Positions 9,238 to 12,786 of a DNA stretch of 12,786 nt are shown one piece after another. A program made the translations under genes and the position numbers. Source of the stretch: Geosiphon pyriformis uo1 (Eukaryota > Fungi > Glomeromycota); contig JAAOMT010000630.1 of NCBI GenBank assembly GCA_016748015.1, positions 328,918-341,703 of the forward strand. The letters run 5' to 3'. Numbering within the stretch: the stretch's first letter is position 1; every line of letters starts with the position of its first letter. The notes beneath the pieces are model-generated. The model saw only the letters and a list, made by a program, of their open reading frames with translations. It searched no databases and was not told the origin of the DNA.

Positions 9238-11099
9238 TTAGTTGTAAATAAAAATATATATTTTTATTGAAGATATTTTGAGTTGTAATATTTCGTGACC
9301 TGCTGATCCTGATTTATCAGTCTTATGATTAATGATTTCGATACGATCCCTTTCGACTGGAATGGTTAAAGCCAATTGATCTTCAATTGTCTCGAAAAAT
9401 CCACTGCTGTTTCTACTTTCGGTGAAATTCGAAGTTCCATTTGTATTCAGACGCAAAAGTCCCGTCAGGGTAGCTTAAATCAATAAACGTTATGTATTTT
9501 AGTTAAACAGGGACTTTCAAAATTTCCTAATAGAAAATAAGCAATAAACCTTCTTACCTGCATGAATGCTTTCTCCTGCTTCTAAACAAACGAACGAACG
9601 AACGAATGAATTAATGAATAATAATTAATAATTAATTTTTAAAATGAATTTCTTAGAAAGCAAAAAAATAGAAAATGTATATTTACCTGTTTTAAATTGC
9701 CAAATATTTCTACGGATTCCTTTAATGGCTTCCTTATACTTTGCATCTTTTACAAAACTATTATTGACGACTATAAAATAATCTTTATCCCGTTGATTAA
9801 ATGTACTTTCTAATACTGTTTCTACTATGATAGTTTTCTTATCCGAACTCACACGACAATTCTTTCCAGAGATACTTTGTCTTAGAATTGGTATAGTCTC
9901 ATTGATTTGATAAATATAAATATTGTTGTTATTGTTGTTGGATAATGAGATTTCATTAGAATAAGTGATAGTTATTTTGCGCCGCCCTAACGGAATTATC
10001 GTATTACGAGGAGGGTAAGTAATTTCGATCAAAGGATTTTCATATCCAGTGTCTATTCAAATAAAAAATTATTAAAAATTATGAAACTCTATAAAAATAT
10101 CACCATTCAATCTTACCGTTTTTTAAAAAATATGGTAAATTCTTGGAATATATTGTAATATTGTTCTTCCCTAATGTAGCAGCTAAGAAGGTGTTGTTTG
10201 GTAAGATAATCCAGGAAGTAGAAAAAAAGCTGGAAAGGTTCGAACTGTTGAATGAATCCTTCTGTTTTCCAAATTGGTCACTTAAAGTAAATTGATATCT
10301 TGAAATATCTGTATAGGTTTCAGTAATTTTTCCCCCATAAGGCAGTGGATATTCCCATGAAGGTCCCAAATCTAATTGCTTGGCATAATTCGTGTCATAT
10401 TTTAACACTGCTCCACTTTGAAGAAATGATATCGTAAATTCACGGGGTTTTATAAATTCATAATTTAGGCGACAATAATAACCCAAACCATCTATTTGAG
10501 CAGCACATTCATTGATCGCCAAATAATTTGCGTCACATTGATAGAGTAGAAAGTGAGGGCCAAATTCAGTTGTTTCTGGCTCCCAAAATGTGACATATAG
10601 CGAATATTTTTTTACACCGAAAAGATGAATAATGGGAAAATTAGTAATGGAAGAATCAACAATATATGCATATGCAAAGCCTCCTTCAGTTGTGGCAAAA
10701 GAGGAATTGGCGTGTGGATGCGATGTTAAATTTCCTTTTAATTCAAACGTTTTAGGACCAAAAATTGGTTTGATATTTTGATTGGATTCAATCCTAGATA
10801 TAAATTGAATGTTGAGATTATTGGGATTTATATATTGAATATTTTCAAATTTATTAAATTTACTAACTTACGGAATATTATAAATAGTCCACTCGATTTC
10901 TATATTATTATAATTGTTATTTTTCGAAATAAGAAATTTATCATTTTGGGTACTTATTATTGACCCGTGCCCTAATTCTATACCACTAGATAAAGCATTA
11001 TGAATTATCAATATTAATTTTTATTTTTAAAATTAAGCAGATTTATTTTAAAGAGTTATTTAACAGAAACCTTTTAACTAATGTTCCATTCCATGAGTA
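9238..11099 (-). pseudogene. 3'-truncated inverted paralog of the receptor-like gene: ectodomain only (pseudogene, silent cassette or secreted form)
   Basis: Exons: [gap]-11099..11071, 10985-10872, 10793-10117, 10052-9687, 9581-9558, 9473-9238. All splice sites are intact and there is no internal stop or frameshift; the indels are -18 and +9 nt. Homology ends inside exon 6 at 9263, then the frame reads KIYIFIYN* (TAA 9240-9238). The start codon region falls in the N gap. Confidence 0.7.
9247..9268. repeat. Perfect 22-bp palindrome AATAAAAATATATATTTTTATT overlapping the inner breakpoint of the duplication
   Basis: The sequence equals its own reverse complement. Homology to the left arm ends at 9263, inside it. 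Confidence 0.9.
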
Positions 11100-11232
11100 N
11101 NNNNNNNNNNNNNNNNNNNNNNNNNNNNNNNNNNNNNNNNNNNNNNNNNNNNNNNNNNNNNNNNNNNNNNNNNNNNNNNNNNNNNNNNNNNNNNNNNNNN
11201 NNNNNNNNNNNNNNNNNNNNNNNNNNNNNNNN
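11100..11232. other. Assembly gap (133 N)
   Basis: N run. Its flanks correspond to 4696 and 4044 of the left arm. Confidence 1.
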
Positions 11233-12027
11233 TTACCAAAGGAATAAAATTTTATCATTTTTACCTTTGTTATTATATAACTGATAGCAAAAATTTAAAA
11301 TATGATTATTTTATTTATTCTTTGAAGAAAAAATTTGTAATTATTGTGTGTTGATTATCAGGGATGCGATTATCTATAATATTTAATTAAATTTCGATTA
11401 TAAGATAAGATTTTAATAGGTTATCTCTTTTATTGATAAATAAACTTTATCTTGAATCTATATCTAATTCTTTCAGATACACAATAATTATATAAATGAT
11501 GCATATTATCGCATTCTTAGTAAAAAAATTAATATGTATATATATTTAATAAATAAAATAACAATTATCACAATATTTTTATTTCAAACTAATTATTAAG
11601 ATAAGTGAATCGTATAGAGAATAATATTAAAACAAGGATATTTAAATTCAAACAAAAATTTAAAGATTTGCAAATTTAGTTTTTTCAAATTATTATATTA
11701 GTAATGAATCTTTATTTTCGAAATGTAGAATCTATTGCTTAAAAGCATCATTTATAATTATTTCAAAACATAATATCCCAATTATTACAAAAATTCTTAT
11801 CTGCAACTGATAAATTTATTACTAAAGTCATGTTTGTTACTGTTAATGATGAAAGAAGAATACCTTTTTACATTTTGAGATGTGGAGTTTGATGTGAGTA
11901 AAGATTTAAATGGTGATCATGTTAATTCTAGGTTTTTTAGAGCATAATGAAATTTTCCAAACCTAAGTTGTTGTGTTTCTTTTTAAAGATATTCATGAAA
12001 AGAAAGTATAGTTAGAATTGAAAAACA

Positions 12028-12067
<40 letters not shown>

Positions 12068-12078
12068 TTAATAATAAT
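12028..12078 (+). repeat. (AAT)13 ATT (AAT)3 microsatellite; only 4 units at the homologous site 3343-3354
   Basis: Read directly and compared with the left arm. Confidence 0.9.
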
Positions 12079-12786
12079 CTTTTTTACTTACCATGCAAAA
12101 TAATAATATTAGTACATTTATCTACTAAAGTAACACTTAAGTCAGATCTTACACCGGATATTTGTCCTTTCATTGATTGAAAAGACCATATCATTACTGA
12201 ATCTAACGAGTTTAGAATGTAAAAATCATTATAATAGTGTACTGCAGCACCAAATATTATTATAACCATGCTATTCGAATCTATGAAAAGATTTTTCAAA
12301 GTTTTTATAAATAAATGACTGAAAAGTCACAAAAATAAGGGAATCAGTTTTTTTAAACAGCTTACTTGCAACAATTCCGTGAAATCTATGAGATGGTGGG
12401 ATATTTTCATCAACTATCTAATTAATAAAAAAAATTTAAGAAATGAAAACTTCAAGTATATTTATTAAATTTCTTTACCTACGCTATCTAACTCGACCAT
12501 AAAAATTTATTAGTATTAAAAACTGCATAGGAACCAATTATAATTTAAGCTCGTTATAAACTCTAATAACATAAATTTTTCCATTTCTTAATAGGTTTTT
12601 AGAATATCTTATTCTTCCATAGCACACATTAGACTATTTTAGAAACATAAGCAAAGGATCAGTTATTTTGAATTGTATCAAATTCGGTGATTTCTTAATA
12701 AATTTATATATACTAATAATTAATATAACGTTGAACACCAAATAAAATATATGATTGAATTATTGATGCTTATTGATGCTTATTGA

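Larger units (their letters stand above)
9263..12786 (-). repeat. Right arm of the inverted duplication (open-ended at the window edge)
   Basis: Reverse complement of 2635-6540, with scattered SNPs, divergent blocks, a 104-bp indel and an assembly gap. Confidence 0.97.

Noticed and set aside
6541-9262. Spacer as the interior of a TIR transposon, with the arms as terminal inverted repeats
   Set aside because: The arms are kilobases of host gene sequence, and no transposase or target-site duplication is visible.
11043-11284. ORFs spanning the N run
   Set aside because: They are artefacts of translating Ns.

Overview
This is very AT-rich eukaryotic DNA with short GT-AG introns. It is most likely from a Glomeromycotina (arbuscular mycorrhizal-type) fungus, which I infer from intron size, base composition and recalled resemblance of the gene family and the LINE. 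The ORF track shows only exon fragments. By hand I reconstruct one intact 10-exon gene on + (4342-7652, about 855 aa). It encodes an N-terminal hydrophobic signal, a ~640-aa sequon-rich ectodomain with an Ig-like module, and a ~215-aa multi-pass membrane domain with XK-scramblase-like DxxxD and ExxPQxxxQ motifs. The dominant structure is a long inverted duplication: 2635-6540 is mirrored by 12786-9263, which runs off the window edge and contains a 133-N gap. The second arm repeats the upstream region and ectodomain exons but not the membrane-domain exons, which exist once, in the 2.7-kb spacer. The two ectodomains differ in clustered, mostly amino-acid-changing, frame-preserving blocks. This layout could act as an invertible switch with two variable ectodomains and one constant membrane domain, or as a receptor plus soluble decoy. 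Both are hypotheses, and a haplotype mis-assembly or dead partial duplication must be excluded. A decayed LINE 3' fragment occupies 1-~515.
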